Below, one piece after another: positions 1-11,195 of a stretch of 33,281 nucleotides of DNA. Below the pieces are notes generated by a model. It was not told the origin of the DNA. It saw only the letters and a list, made by a program, of their open reading frames with translations, and ran no database searches. Location of the stretch: assembly GCA_002256025.1 (NCBI GenBank), contig NKIB01000371.1, positions 1 to 33,281 of the forward strand, read 5' to 3'. Position 1 is the first letter of the stretch. Each line of letters starts with the position of its first letter. The stretch is from Asterionella formosa (lineage: Eukaryota). The position numbers and the translations under genes are program-made.

Positions 1-729
1 CATGTTTGAAGCAATAATTGAATTCATAATTGCCTGAGTGGGATTGGCACTGTCAGTGGAGGTGGTTGTTTGAGATACCCCATGCTGATTCAACAATGAT
101 GCCATGATTGACATCATCATCATGTTCATCATGTTCTGTTGCTGCTGTTGTTGTTGCTGCTGCAGGTTATCAGTATCAGTTCAAGTAGCCTTGTGAAGCA
201 ACTGTGTCGAAAGAAGAGAAAGCACTTTTTCAACAGGCCCAGCATTGTTTGACACTGCCTTATCTCTAAATCGAGGGGACACCATAGGTCGAGAAAATCT
301 TGAACCCGAAAAATTAGCATAAGCGGCAGATGTTGCTCCACCATTGTCTTCACTCTCCCCACCAGAAATCGCTATAAAATCATCATCATCATTTGGCTCA
401 TCAATATTGGGCTCATTGGGCTCTCTCTCTATTCCAAGATCATTGGATTCAATCTCAGCACTTGCATCTGCTTGTTGCTTGATTCCTCGAAAAATTTGTT
501 TGGCATATCTCACCTCAGCAGGGCATGTTGGGTCCCCAGTTGGTTTCTTAACTTTGTGCAGTTGTGAAAACTTTCGGCGAAGTGAAGGTCCTGTCCGTTC
601 TTTGTCTGGGAAATTCTCGTTGTGCTGTGATGCAACAACTTCCCATTTATGGGACCCAATTGGCAGGTGAGTAGAAATGGTTTCCAGCAATGAGAGAATC
701 TCATTGATCCTGAACTGTTGACCCCGAGG
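1..729 (-). pseudogene. DUF6818-like (Myb/SANT-like) protein pseudogene, probably a transposon-associated DNA-binding protein; runs off the window start
   Basis: The motif LLETISTHLPIGSHKWEVVASQHN..RTGPSLRRKFSQLHKVKKPTGDPTCPAEVRYAKQI resembles DUF6818 proteins. The frame continues past the TGA at 181-183 (TDTDNLQQQQQQQQQNMMNMMMMSIMASLL...) to base 1. Upstream the frame reads PRGQQFRINEILS and is preceded by a TAA with no ATG. Confidence 0.65.
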
Positions 730-1025
730 TGCTTACCAGGATTACCAAATTTGGTCAACACAAACACAAATTTTGGGGTTATGGGTACAACGATTTGTGT
801 TATAATACACATGATATAATTATTTTTTATTATCAGAGCGCGCCCACTAGGAGGTACGGTACCTGATACCGTATGATCTACCGGTACCGGTACTTCTGAT
901 ATTTCTAAGTGTTACATACCGGTAGAGGAGGAAACCGTAATGGATTTACCGCCTGTCATCAGCCGAATGGAATGTGTTGATTCTGGATGATACGCAGTAC
1001 TGGTACCAGGTGCCCTGGTTACCAG

Positions 1026-1117
1026 AGCAAGTTGCGGTAATTTTGCTTAAACTAAAACTTTAGCTATCTTAATCCCAAATCAAATTGTTTATTTAAGCAA
1101 AATGACCACAACTTGCT
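1026..1117. mobile_element. 92-bp miniature inverted-repeat element (MITE-like) with 26-bp TIRs
   Basis: The left arm agcaagttgcggtaattttgcttaaa matches the reverse complement of the right arm, agcaagttgtggtcattttgcttaaa, at 24/26 positions. The same termini bound the large element at 16477-25027. Confidence 0.65.
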
Positions 1118-1207
1118 GGTACCCCGGAGTAAGATGATTGGCTAGCTCGTTATGCACCTCAGAGTCACCACTTGCCTACCGAAAAGATTTTTGTTTGTTT
1201 TTGACTT

Positions 1208-2581
1208 TCATTCATCGTTGTTCAAAATTCGTACCAATCCTTTTTCAAGACTATACTCATAATTTGGTAACATGGATGCTGCTCCAAGAGCAACAACTTC
1301 CGATCGACCCTCTGGTACAATCAGAGTGTCAGCATTCCCTTGCAAGGCTTGCAACCCTTTTATGAGTGACCTTTCCATCATTTGCTGTTTAGCACCACCC
1401 CCTACCAACAACACATGATTCACTTGTTGAGGACTGCTATTCACATGCGTAAGGACATGAGTCAAGACTGACATCCATGTTGTAGCCAAATCAGTAGGTA
1501 CAGGCAACGCAGGAGAAAGTACCGATGGGTCAAGTCCTTGGACAATTTGCTCTTGTACCTTTTGTTCAATAATACTCCTTGAGATGGTTATATCCAAATG
1601 CTGAGGTTTTCGTGTTATCATATCCATACTAATGAATGGAATATGTATTTGAGCTTGTGTATGTGAATTGTATTGATAGACAGCAGAAATGGCAGCCATG
1701 TACACACGTTGCATGGCCATGGGGTCTTGTTTTAACATTGGACTGTTGTTGAGAATTTCACCAACCACCATGTCGGTATACAGTTCACCACCAAATCCTA
1801 ATGATACAGACGTTTGAACGACATTTTTCTGTACCATGGACACTGTCGTTCGAAAGCCTCCAATATCTACAACCAAAATGGTACCAGTGAGGAGTAGTTG
1901 TGGTTGTTGTTGCTGCTGCGCACCCCAAATGGCTGCTACTGGTTCGGGTACCAAGGTAGCTCCTGGTAGACAAGTAAATAATTCATCAGGTAAGTCGGCA
2001 ATAGGTGCAATGGTCAAAATAGATCGAACTTTGGTGTCATTCTTTTGCGCCAGCAAATCTAGCATCGCTTCTGTAATTACTGGTCGAATGGCAGAGGGGT
2101 CCTTGTAGGGCAATAGTAGTTTCCCATTTAATGGGAATTGATTTTCAAATGCCCGTTGACCCAATAAGAGTTCGTCATCACCAAGATGTGGCTGTACCAT
2201 ACCTGCAAAGGTAAATCGTCCACCACCTTTGTTCGCAATAATTTCTGATTTTGGATTTGCGTGGGCCATTTTTAGATGAATGGTTCCCAAATCAATAGCA
2301 ATGGTTGGATATATTGAGATTGAATTGTTCGTCGGTCCATTCTTGGTTTCATATTCCTGCAACAACCATTGATATTCTTCCCATTCATCTTCCATACGCT
2401 TCACAGCTCGCCATGAGTATCTACCAATGGCCAACACGCCAATCCCAAGAATGAGGGGCAAGATTTCTCGTTTAGCAGTACCATGATACTCTCTCTTATT
2501 GATGCTTAACACCGATGACGAACATGACAATGAAGACACTCGAAGGAGATTCCTTGACAATGCATGGCTCGACGATAGCAT
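1208..2581 (-). CDS. Atypical Hsp70/DnaK-family protein (nucleotide-binding domain only) with a putative mitochondrial presequence and an N-terminal transmembrane helix
   Basis: 457-aa ORF with degenerate Hsp70 motifs in the expected order: AIDLGT, VPEPVAA, VVDIGG, FGGELY, DPMAMQRV, IHIPFI, VLLVGGG, EVVALGAA. It stops right after the NBD. The N-terminus is Ser/Arg/Leu-rich and is followed by the hydrophobic segment ILPLILGIGVLAIG. Confidence 0.8.
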   Translation of the reverse strand: MLSSSHALSRNLLRVSSLSCSSSVLSINKREYHGTAKREILPLILGIGVLAIGRYSWRAVKRMEDEWEEYQWLLQEYETKNGPTNNSISIYPTIAIDLGTIHLKMAHANPKSEIIANKGGGRFTFAGMVQPHLGDDELLLGQRAFENQFPLNGKLLLPYKDPSAIRPVITEAMLDLLAQKNDTKVRSILTIAPIADLPDELFTCLPGATLVPEPVAAIWGAQQQQQPQLLLTGTILVVDIGGFRTTVSMVQKNVVQTSVSLGFGGELYTDMVVGEILNNSPMLKQDPMAMQRVYMAAISAVYQYNSHTQAQIHIPFISMDMITRKPQHLDITISRSIIEQKVQEQIVQGLDPSVLSPALPVPTDLATTWMSVLTHVLTHVNSSPQQVNHVLLVGGGAKQQMMERSLIKGLQALQGNADTLIVPEGRSEVVALGAASMLPNYEYSLEKGLVRILNNDE

Positions 2582-3860
2582 GATTACGAAGTGATACCAG
2601 TGACTGTAATCAAATGATGAACAACATTCTACATTGTTGTTGTTTTTGTACCGGGATTCTGCATGTTTTTACCGGTACCTGGTACTCTCAGCTATGATAG
2701 TTAGCATTATGTTGCATGTATCATATGAAGATACTATGATTTAGATATTATTTTAACATACTACCGGTATGTCCGGTATATACAGCCTCGAATAGGGTGT
2801 AGTATTTGGTAATGCTGGCACTGTATACCGGTAGTACTGTGTGGTTTATACTTCTGCTTGGCTGTTTTGTCAATCAGCTACCAGTACGACCGCTAGTAAA
2901 CAATTTTCAGTACAAAGTAAGTACCAGTACCCTGGTACCTGGTATTATCAGCTATCAGCCATGCATCGTCCTCAAGCCTTGCTGCGTTCTCTCTTGTGTG
3001 CCCTCTGCTGGTCGTTCATAATATCTGTGCAAATGTGTAGCCGAATATATTACTGCCCTAAGAAGGAGGGTCTATGACCTTGTGCATGCCATGTAACCAC
3101 ACAGACAGTGTTAGAATCAAGATCGACAGCAACCAAACTGTAGTAGTTTGCTGTGCATCTGACCAGCATAGCTACTACAGAATCAGTATCCCTCCCTCTA
3201 CATTCTAGACTTCAGCAGCACAAACCATATCAAATCATTTGGAAATATTTGTAGGGTGGTTGTATTGATGAGCTCATAACAAGACATGGTGAATCTGTTG
3301 GGTTATCAACAAGTTGCAACACATTGCTACTTCTAGCAAGGTTGTTGTTTGTTGTCATGTACCAGGTACCACAGGTACAACCAGTTCCTGGGACCTGGTA
3401 CCAGGTACCTGCTGAGAGTTGAGAGTATGGTACCTGTACCAGGTACTGGTACCGTGTGCTCATCATCTACATACCGGTAGCTATGACTAACAGTCTACTG
3501 AGCACATGATTTCATTCTGCTAGTACAATGAGCTGGACAGTATAGACTATTTGGAAGACCAATAGTTTGAATCGAATGATCAATGGTTATAAACTTATGA
3601 TCAATAAGTGTGAGATAGACATGGGTCTATCTATGAATTTATGTTCTGACAAATGCAAACAGCATTTGGAAAAATAGTTTGTTTGATTACTCAAACTGAA
3701 CAAACCTAACTAGTTTGCTTAGTAACTCACAATAAGAATCTTATGTTTCGATCTATAGTCTTCTTTGTCTAACGATAGATCTATCAACTAAAAGGTAATG
3801 CTTTAACACCATATAGTATCATATTAGAGGTTGTGTGGACGAGGTAGACCAGGTAGTAGC

Positions 3861-5567
3861 TCTGTGGGTATTCGCTTCCTCTCTCATATGAAGAATGATC
3901 AGGATGGATCAAAAAACTACAAGCCCAGACATGTGTATGCAAATCCTGAGGATTTTGCTGTGTGTCCAATCACTGCTTTGTTTGAGTAGATGTGTGTCAA
4001 CCCAGATATTATCCAAAACCCTGATGGGCCACTCTTTCCAGGTGCAAATCAAGAGAATCGCTTTAGAAAGATTCTCAAGCAACTTTTCAAGAAGCATGAA
4101 GGGAATTTAGATGGTTATGATATTGATGAACTAGGCACCCACAGCATACGCAAAGGTGCAACAACTTATGCTTCCAGTGGATCAACAGCAAGCCCATCAA
4201 ATGTTGCCATTAACAACCGTGGGGGTTGGACTCTAGGCAGTGTCAGAGATGTCTATATGCTGTATGAAAAAGCAGGTGACCATTATGTTGGTCTCATTTT
4301 AGCTGGGTTACCATTACTCTCAGCTCGGTTTGCTGTTTCTGAGCCACATTTTTGGGTGAAATGCCCATGGAATGATAGTGCCATACAAGACCAGTTGATT
4401 CTTGATGGAAAGGTTTTAGCTGGCTTGCGGGCCTTATTGGGTGATGTGCTTCGTCGACAAGTAGTTCTCATTCCATTTCTACAAGTGGGTCTTGCTTGTG
4501 TGTTGCATCACATGGAGAATCTACAAATACTGAGAAAGGATGAAACATCATCGATGCATTTAACAGGAGTGTATACATCAAATGAAATTGCAGCACTTTC
4601 AGATCAGGTTGTTGTTCGATATCCATTTGAAGAAAAGGATTTTTTCGCAATTAAATTGACTGGCATTCCTTCACATGTTGCGCACCTTGATGCCATAGAG
4701 CAAATGAGAGGTGACTTTCTCCGACTTGGTCCATCATTGCTTAGTGATTTTGAGAAAATGCTCAATGATCGAACTTATTCTGATGTCATTTCAGAAAATC
4801 TAATGGAGGCCATCATGGAAAAAATTATTGGGCAAAAGTTCCTTGGGTTGGCTGAACGACTAGACCAAGCAGCAACAAGGAATTATGCTGCATCAAACAA
4901 CCCAACAACTCCAAACAACCAGAAATCATCCTCCCATCTGTTTTTGCATCCTCATGATGGATTGTTCCGGAGAGTTTCAGTTAGATGGCAGTTTCCGCTT
5001 TGCACTGTAGCTGTTGCTTACTGTTTATGGCATATGGGAGATGACAGGAATAAAATTGGTCCATTAAATTTTTAAGACAATCGTGATGTCAGTTTTGAGA
5101 CTGTCACAAGGGCGAATGCTGATGGTGCCAATGGTGAGGAGCAAGTTGTTGTCTGGAAAGGATGCAAAAGGGGGATCAAGTATTTAGATGAGTTCAGGAA
5201 CATAATGAAAAGATTGGATGGCAGAGCAAAAAATCGAGGCTTCCTGCAACCTCAAATTACAAGAGAAAATGTCCTTGTTGCTCTTGAGCAAAGCAAGGAC
5301 TGTCTTGGCATTTCACCTGTGACTGCTCAAGGGAGGAAGAGACGTGTTGCAAGTCTGAAGTGGAACACTGCTTTTAGACAAATGCCTACAGAGAGAAATG
5401 TTGTAAGAAGTTGTGGCACTAATACTGGAAATAGTATTCCATACATTGGTGATCCAATGGTTATTGCCATTTTGAAAGATGGTGAAGCATCAGCAAACTT
5501 GCAAGATCTAAATGTTCATTCGTCACTTTCTATCTATTTAATTAAATATCAACCATATACTAGCTAG
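3861..5567 (+). mobile_element. Crypton-type (CryptonS-like) tyrosine-recombinase DNA transposon remnant; 5'-truncated, with two nonsense codons
   Basis: One frame from 3861 reads SVGIRFLSHMKNDQDGSKNYKPRHVYANPEDFAVCPITALFE*(TAG 3987-3989)MCVNPD..PLFPG..LGTHSIRKGATTY..RGGWTLGSVRDVY..AGDHYVG..LAGLP..WQFP..LWHMGD..IGPLNF*(TAA 5073-5075). It then continues in frame into the 5205-5567 ORF. The HxxR, W and Y catalytic residues of tyrosine recombinases are present. Confidence 0.85.
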
Positions 5568-6443
5568 TACATTTGCATTTACTTTATCACTAGATTGGTG
5601 CTCTAACCTGCTTTATATCATTCAGCCAAATACTAGCTACTAGGAGTAACACTCTGGCTATCTATGACCATTTCACCATTGCTTTGTACATTACAGTTAA
5701 TGCAGTATCAGTATAAGATTTGATTGACAATTTATTAGCATAAAGTACAACTGGTACCCCTGTTACCTGGTAGTATATTTAGTGCAATACCTCATCGGTA
5801 CCTGGTACCAGGTACCAGTAGGGCTAAATCCTGCTGTGTATGGACATAAAATTTCGTGTACAGGTATACCGTGTATCTTTGATGTACGTACGTAGTTAGT
5901 ATGTCGTACAGTATTCGAAACGATCAACCATAGAGGATTTCAAATCTGTGGGGAAAATCATCCACATTTTTCCGTCCAGTTGAGGTTGTCATGCTAAAAA
6001 TCGGCAATTTTAATGCCAAAAAATTCGATATGCCCCTATATTGCCCCTAAATAAAAATTACTTAAGAAAATATTTACAGCCTAACAATTACTTAGAAGTA
6101 CCCGAATGGCAAGACGATAGCTGGAGCGGGAATTGCTTCTTTTCCGCCCCTCCTCGAACAAACTGTTCTTCAGCAGGCATATAGATACAGGTACATGGCA
6201 CCAATACTCCTATGTACTCAGTAGCATCCTCAAAAGATATTTTATTGTTGTGTTTTTCTATGTGCCCTACAAACAACATGCAAGCGAATCCTGGTTGACA
6301 GTAACAACTGCGGGTTTTTATATGTTTCTGCGATAACATCGATTGACAATTTGTGTGTCCCTCTTGTCTCATCTCTGCCTCACAACTTTGTTATATTTGA
6401 GGACACCAACTGATTATTGTTCGGGATCTCAACAAACAACAAC

Positions 6444-7763
6444 ATGAACCAAACTACCGCAGAATACCTCGCAAGAAAACTCCGAATTGCTGGGAGAAGT
6501 CATGACGACGCCTCTACCTTGACACCAACCGAAAACCATCAACAGGAGGAGACATCGGAAAACAATCCCCCGTTTGCCGTGGGCACTATTGTCGATGTAG
6601 AAGCTGAGGAAAAGGCCCAACGTAAACGTCAAATCATGACAGCCTTCACATCATTTGCGGTGGCTGCCGTAGTAGCTACTGTTGTTGCACTCGCTGTTGT
6701 ATTTACCCGTCCGGACCCTAGTACTCTATCACCAGCTACAGCAGTTCCCATTGTTTTTTCTCTGGCTCCGTCAGACCTAGCATGGGATCCTTCCACACCA
6801 AGTCCTTCTCCTGCTGTTTCAACGTTCGCTCCATCGCCAAGTTTGTTTACATTCTTGGCTCAAAATTCTTTTGACAGTGGGAGGTCGCTTTCCATTGATG
6901 GGTCCTCACAACAACGGGCAATGACTTGGGTGGAAACATCGGTATATGATGGTGCCACAGACTTCATGTTGTTGCAATTCTATGCTTTGGCAGTATTTTA
7001 TTATGCAACCGATGGTTCCCTTTCACACCAATGGTTGCACCAAACTGGAAATGCTTCTCAATACCATTATTGCGATTGGGCTGGGATTGGTTGCAGCGGC
7101 GGGACAGATATCACAGGATTGTACCTTGCTAATGAAGGCCTTGTCGGATCCATTCCACCTGAGATCGGACTGTTGACAGGGCTCGATTATCTACGCTTAT
7201 ATGTCAATACTTTCACTGGCACACTTCCCACGGAGATTGGGCTGTTGACAAGTCTAACTTATCTCGACTTGTACTTCAGTACTTTCTCTGGCACACTCCC
7301 CACAGAGATTGGACGCTTGAAAATTCTAAATTATATAAGTTTGGGCTACAACAGATTCACAGGCACACTCCCAACCGAAATTGGACTCTTGACAGGGCTC
7401 AGTTACCTAGGTTTGTATGAAAATACTTTCACTGGGGCACTCCCAACAGAGATTGGACTTTTGACAAGTCTCACTGATTTACGCTTGTACTCCAATACTT
7501 TCAATGGCACAATCCCAACAGAGATTGGCCTTTTGACCATTCTCAATGACCTATGGTCATTTGACAATAGTTTCTCAGGTACACTACCAACAGAGCTTGG
7601 ACTATTGACAAACCTAGTGGAACTTGGGTTTCAAAATAACAAATTTACAGGTGCAGTGCCTACTGAAATTAACCTTTTGACAAATCTCACTGTTCTAGGA
7701 TTGAACAACAATACATTCAATGGTACAGTCCCTGCTGATTTTGGTTTGTTCTTTGCCAAGTAG
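6444..7763 (+). CDS. Membrane-anchored leucine-rich repeat protein (plant-specific-type 24-aa LRRs)
   Basis: ATG at 6444. TM helix IMTAFTSFAVAAVVATVVALAVVF, a Pro/Ser/Thr stalk, QQRAMTW and YALAVFYYATDG motifs, a CDWAGIGC LRR cap, then about 9 repeats of LxxNxFTGTLPTEIGLLTxL. Confidence 0.9.
   Translation: MNQTTAEYLARKLRIAGRSHDDASTLTPTENHQQEETSENNPPFAVGTIVDVEAEEKAQRKRQIMTAFTSFAVAAVVATVVALAVVFTRPDPSTLSPATAVPIVFSLAPSDLAWDPSTPSPSPAVSTFAPSPSLFTFLAQNSFDSGRSLSIDGSSQQRAMTWVETSVYDGATDFMLLQFYALAVFYYATDGSLSHQWLHQTGNASQYHYCDWAGIGCSGGTDITGLYLANEGLVGSIPPEIGLLTGLDYLRLYVNTFTGTLPTEIGLLTSLTYLDLYFSTFSGTLPTEIGRLKILNYISLGYNRFTGTLPTEIGLLTGLSYLGLYENTFTGALPTEIGLLTSLTDLRLYSNTFNGTIPTEIGLLTILNDLWSFDNSFSGTLPTELGLLTNLVELGFQNNKFTGAVPTEINLLTNLTVLGLNNNTFNGTVPADFGLFFAK
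7120..7745 (+). repeat. 72-bp coding tandem repeat (LRR units)
   Basis: ggcacactcccaacagagattggacttttgaca-like units recur with a 72-nt period. Confidence 0.85.
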
Positions 7764-8234
7764 TACGAACAAAAAATTTCATGTGCCTTCCAAATCAAAC
7801 AAGAAAGAGGAATTAGGATTCTTATTTAAAATATAATTTGTTTTGTAAATCAAATTTTCAAACATTTCCTGTCCACAATAGATGGTCTAAATATTCTTGT
7901 ATACTACTGGTATACCTTAAGTGCAATTTGGTGTTAATGGCTGGATTATGAAATGTAGCACCTAAGCTATTATTCAATTTTATTGCGATATTTCGATCAT
8001 GCTGATGGTTGGAACATTGAAACTCTTTGCAGCTTGCAAATCAAGAATAAATAATCAAATAAACAAAAGCTTCCCGTCAATAAATTGTGACAGTGCAAGT
8101 TGCAGGGCTGTTTAGCCTATGCGGAAGAGGGAAAGAAAAACGAACATACAAAGATTTACTCCATTCAATTTTTATATTTGGACTTGTTATAGTCTATATA
8201 GGTTAAACCATCGTGCAATCTATTCCGACTAAAT

Positions 8235-9101
8235 CTATTCATCGCCATCTGTCAAACCAACAATCGAAACGAAGAAACCATCATCATCTCTCTTCATATC
8301 AAACACATTTGTCACAATCCCTTCTACATGAGTCGGTAGTCCACCATAAATATGAGGACACACCCATGTATCCCAATCATTTCCAGTTGTTGTAGTTCCT
8401 ACAGGTTTGGCCTCTTCAAAGACAGTTTGAATTCCAACTTTAAGCAGTGCTGCTCTGGACAGCTCAAGACAAATCCAATCTCCTTTGCTGGAAGTATAAA
8501 AGTGATTGGCAGTTGTTATCAAACGTTGTGGAACTGCTGTGGCATGTGTAAACATACCATCTTCTTTGAAGGTGGGAGGAAAATAGGCAGATGTGCTGTC
8601 ATTCTTGGCTTGTTCCCAGCGAGATTTAGGACACATGTGATACAAGACCTCATCAGCAACTACTTCGTCCGTCGTCATCGTTGTTGTTGCTATTCCCTTG
8701 GCATGCAACTCCTGAAGTTTGCTAGAAACAGTGGTCCCATGTTCATTGTTGTCTTCACGTACACATCGATCTGGACGAAATGCAGGGAAGCACACTGGAA
8801 TGTATTCTGTATCAGCAACTGGAAAGACAGGACGAAATCGTTCTCCCGCTTGAATGAAACATGTTTCACCTTGTTGAACCGAAAGAACTTTGTCCTCATA
8901 ATGCAAGTTTACTGTTCCCTTGAGGACACAGATCCACTCATCATAGGCAAGGGTGAGCCATGGTTCTGACGTAGGTTCGGATACTGTTACAACTGCAATC
9001 GACAATGTATCACAATTAGTAGCAACATTTCCAGCCATTTCATCAATGATTAAACCATCGTGGTCGACAACTCGAACCGCTTTCCCAATGATCTTTGGCA
9101 T
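8235..9101 (-). CDS. Cupin (EutQ-like) plus DUF952-like domain fusion protein
   Basis: N-terminal cupin: EPWLTLAYDEWICVLKG..VQQGETCFIQAGERFRP..YIPVCFPAFRPD. C-terminal DUF952-like region: LYHM..WEQA..YFPPTFKEDGMFTHAT..ANHFY..LEL..VFE..PHIYGGL. Confidence 0.8.
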   Translation of the reverse strand: MPKIIGKAVRVVDHDGLIIDEMAGNVATNCDTLSIAVVTVSEPTSEPWLTLAYDEWICVLKGTVNLHYEDKVLSVQQGETCFIQAGERFRPVFPVADTEYIPVCFPAFRPDRCVREDNNEHGTTVSSKLQELHAKGIATTTMTTDEVVADEVLYHMCPKSRWEQAKNDSTSAYFPPTFKEDGMFTHATAVPQRLITTANHFYTSSKGDWICLELSRAALLKVGIQTVFEEAKPVGTTTTGNDWDTWVCPHIYGGLPTHVEGIVTNVFDMKRDDDGFFVSIVGLTDGDE

Positions 9102-9979
9102 TTTATTGTAGATTAGTTCGACAAGATATGGGAGCTAAATATATGTCAGTTCCAATGCTCAATATATTTTACGGAGAAAGAGAACCTGCTGATAGCATCA
9201 TAGTACATACTCCAAACATCAGGCATAGATCTGACGGATGCGTTGGTGTGAGAGATGTGCTGACGATGTTGATGATGAGGTGATGTCCATGTAGTAGTGG
9301 TACCAGGTACCAGGTACCTCGTAAACGAGTATCATGTATTAGTAAATGACAAGTGTGATAATATTGTGAAGTGAGTTCTGTGATGGCTACTCTACATACC
9401 GGTACTGGTACCCGACTGACAAAAACACTGGGCGGATGAGGAAGGAGTACCACTCTACCTGGTGATATAAGATTCTGACTTTTTTAAAATTTGTATATTT
9501 ATATGTCTATTCGGTTATGAATACTCCTTTATACTTTAGCAATTATTTTTTTACATACTATACCTACATGTGCATCCTCACAATACATGTCGCTGCGAGC
9601 AGGAGGTCAACTGTGCTGGTGTGACGAGCCGGTGTATACACATACCCCCAGTATTCTATTTTTACCGGTCGTGCTATTCGCTCCCGGCAGCGCGCAACCA
9701 CAGCAGCGAGTACCGGTAGATAACATGCTTACCCGTATCGGTATACCAGTTCTCCAATGTAACTTATGGTTTCGAAATTGGACCAATATACACATACCGG
9801 TATGCTGCTTGCTAGGTGACCAGCACCGGTACCAGGTACCAGTATGTAAACTACCCATGTCCCTGGTACTGGTACCATACAACATAGCTACCAGTATTGG
9901 TTTTAGACTCTTGCTCTTCACGATATATTTCTAAACAAATGTAATCATAAAATATTACCAGTCCTCTACATGTCCCAAA

Positions 9980-10609
9980 ATGGCATCGTCTCACAATCTC
10001 GCTGCAGCCAAGCGTCTCCGAAAGGAACTCCAAAGTCTGGAGAGACAAGTTGATGTCGACGACGATGTCTACCTTCGCCCGAGCAACAGCGATTCGATAC
10101 TGAAATGGACAGCACTGCTCCGAGGGCCGAGTCAGACCCCCTACGAAGGCGGCGTATTTCAATTGTCCATCCAATGCGGACCAGACTATCCTTTAGCACC
10201 TCCCACCATTACCTTTGTTACCAAGGTGAGTGAAAAATTCGATCTTTCTCTTCTTCGTCTTGCTTTCAACATGGAATTCATCTATAATACTAACGGTATA
10301 TTTACTTACTCTCACTCTGGCTACAAAAAATTTTATTTTCTGAAGGTCTTTCACCCTAACGTACATTTTACAACTGGAGAAGTTTGTTTAGATATTTTGA
10401 AAAAAGAATGGTCTCCTGCCTGGGGTCTACAAGCTGCCTGTCGTGCTGTCTTGGCCTTGTTGTCAGATCCAGATGCAGATTCACCATTGAATTGTGATGC
10501 AGGGAATATGATTCGGGGTGGTGATACCATTGCCTACCGATCGACAGCTAAATTATATGCTGTCGAAAATGCCATGTTTTTAGAGTGGCCGTTGGGGACA
10601 AAGGAGTAA
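9980..10609 (+). CDS. PEX4: Ubiquitin-conjugating enzyme E2, PEX4/UBC21-like; exons 9980-10225 and 10346-10609 (169 aa)
   Basis: AAKRLRKEL, TPYEGGVF, YPLAPP, FVTK|VFHPNVHFTTGEVCLDILKKEWSPAW, and DSPLNCDAGNM (PEX4-type). Removing the GTGAGT..AAG intron 10226-10345 restores the canonical E2 core. Confidence 0.85.
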   Translation: MASSHNLAAAKRLRKELQSLERQVDVDDDVYLRPSNSDSILKWTALLRGPSQTPYEGGVFQLSIQCGPDYPLAPPTITFVTKVSEKFDLSLLRLAFNMEFIYNTNGIFTYSHSGYKKFYFLKVFHPNVHFTTGEVCLDILKKEWSPAWGLQAACRAVLALLSDPDADSPLNCDAGNMIRGGDTIAYRSTAKLYAVENAMFLEWPLGTKE

Positions 10610-11195
10610 ATGGGACATTGTTGCAAAGTACATACCGGCATACCTACCGGTACTACAATCAAGAAGAAATGATGCGATCATATTGTCGATGATTTCTAAT
10701 GTGTTCTTGGGTCTTGATAATTATACAAATTAGTTGTCTTTGACAGAAAAAATATTGGTACAGCACACATGATCGTCACTGACATCATACTGACCCAAAA
10801 GTAGTAAATTTAACTGCTTTTATTCTAGAGGTTGACTATAACCTGATGATGGGAGCATATGGCTGAAGAAAATGTTCATGGTATTGTGTGAAATATTGAA
10901 ATGATCAGCGTCTTAAGATAAAATCACTCATGACGACTAGAACATAAAATGACTCAGAAACAGCATAACAACAGAGTGATGTACCGGTAAATTGCATAAA
11001 ATGGACCTAAAAGTATTCAAGATTACCTTGGCAGCGTAAAAAGTCATATTAGATCACATAATTCATAGGACCAGGAGTTGAATGATCCAAAGTCTCAATG
11101 TTTTTCGTGATGAGACACAATTTTGTTTCCCACTCCATCTCGTTTTGCTTCGACAAACGGTTTCCAAACATACACACACAATGACATGATTCATC

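Noticed and set aside
181..5075. In-frame stops in the DUF6818 and Crypton ORFs as evidence of a variant genetic code or programmed readthrough
   Set aside because: Three different stops (TGA, TAG, TAA) are involved, and host genes use all three as normal terminators. Ordinary transposon decay explains them.
8352..8969. 205-aa + strand ORF
   Set aside because: Antisense shadow of the cupin-DUF952 gene, with no recognisable motifs.
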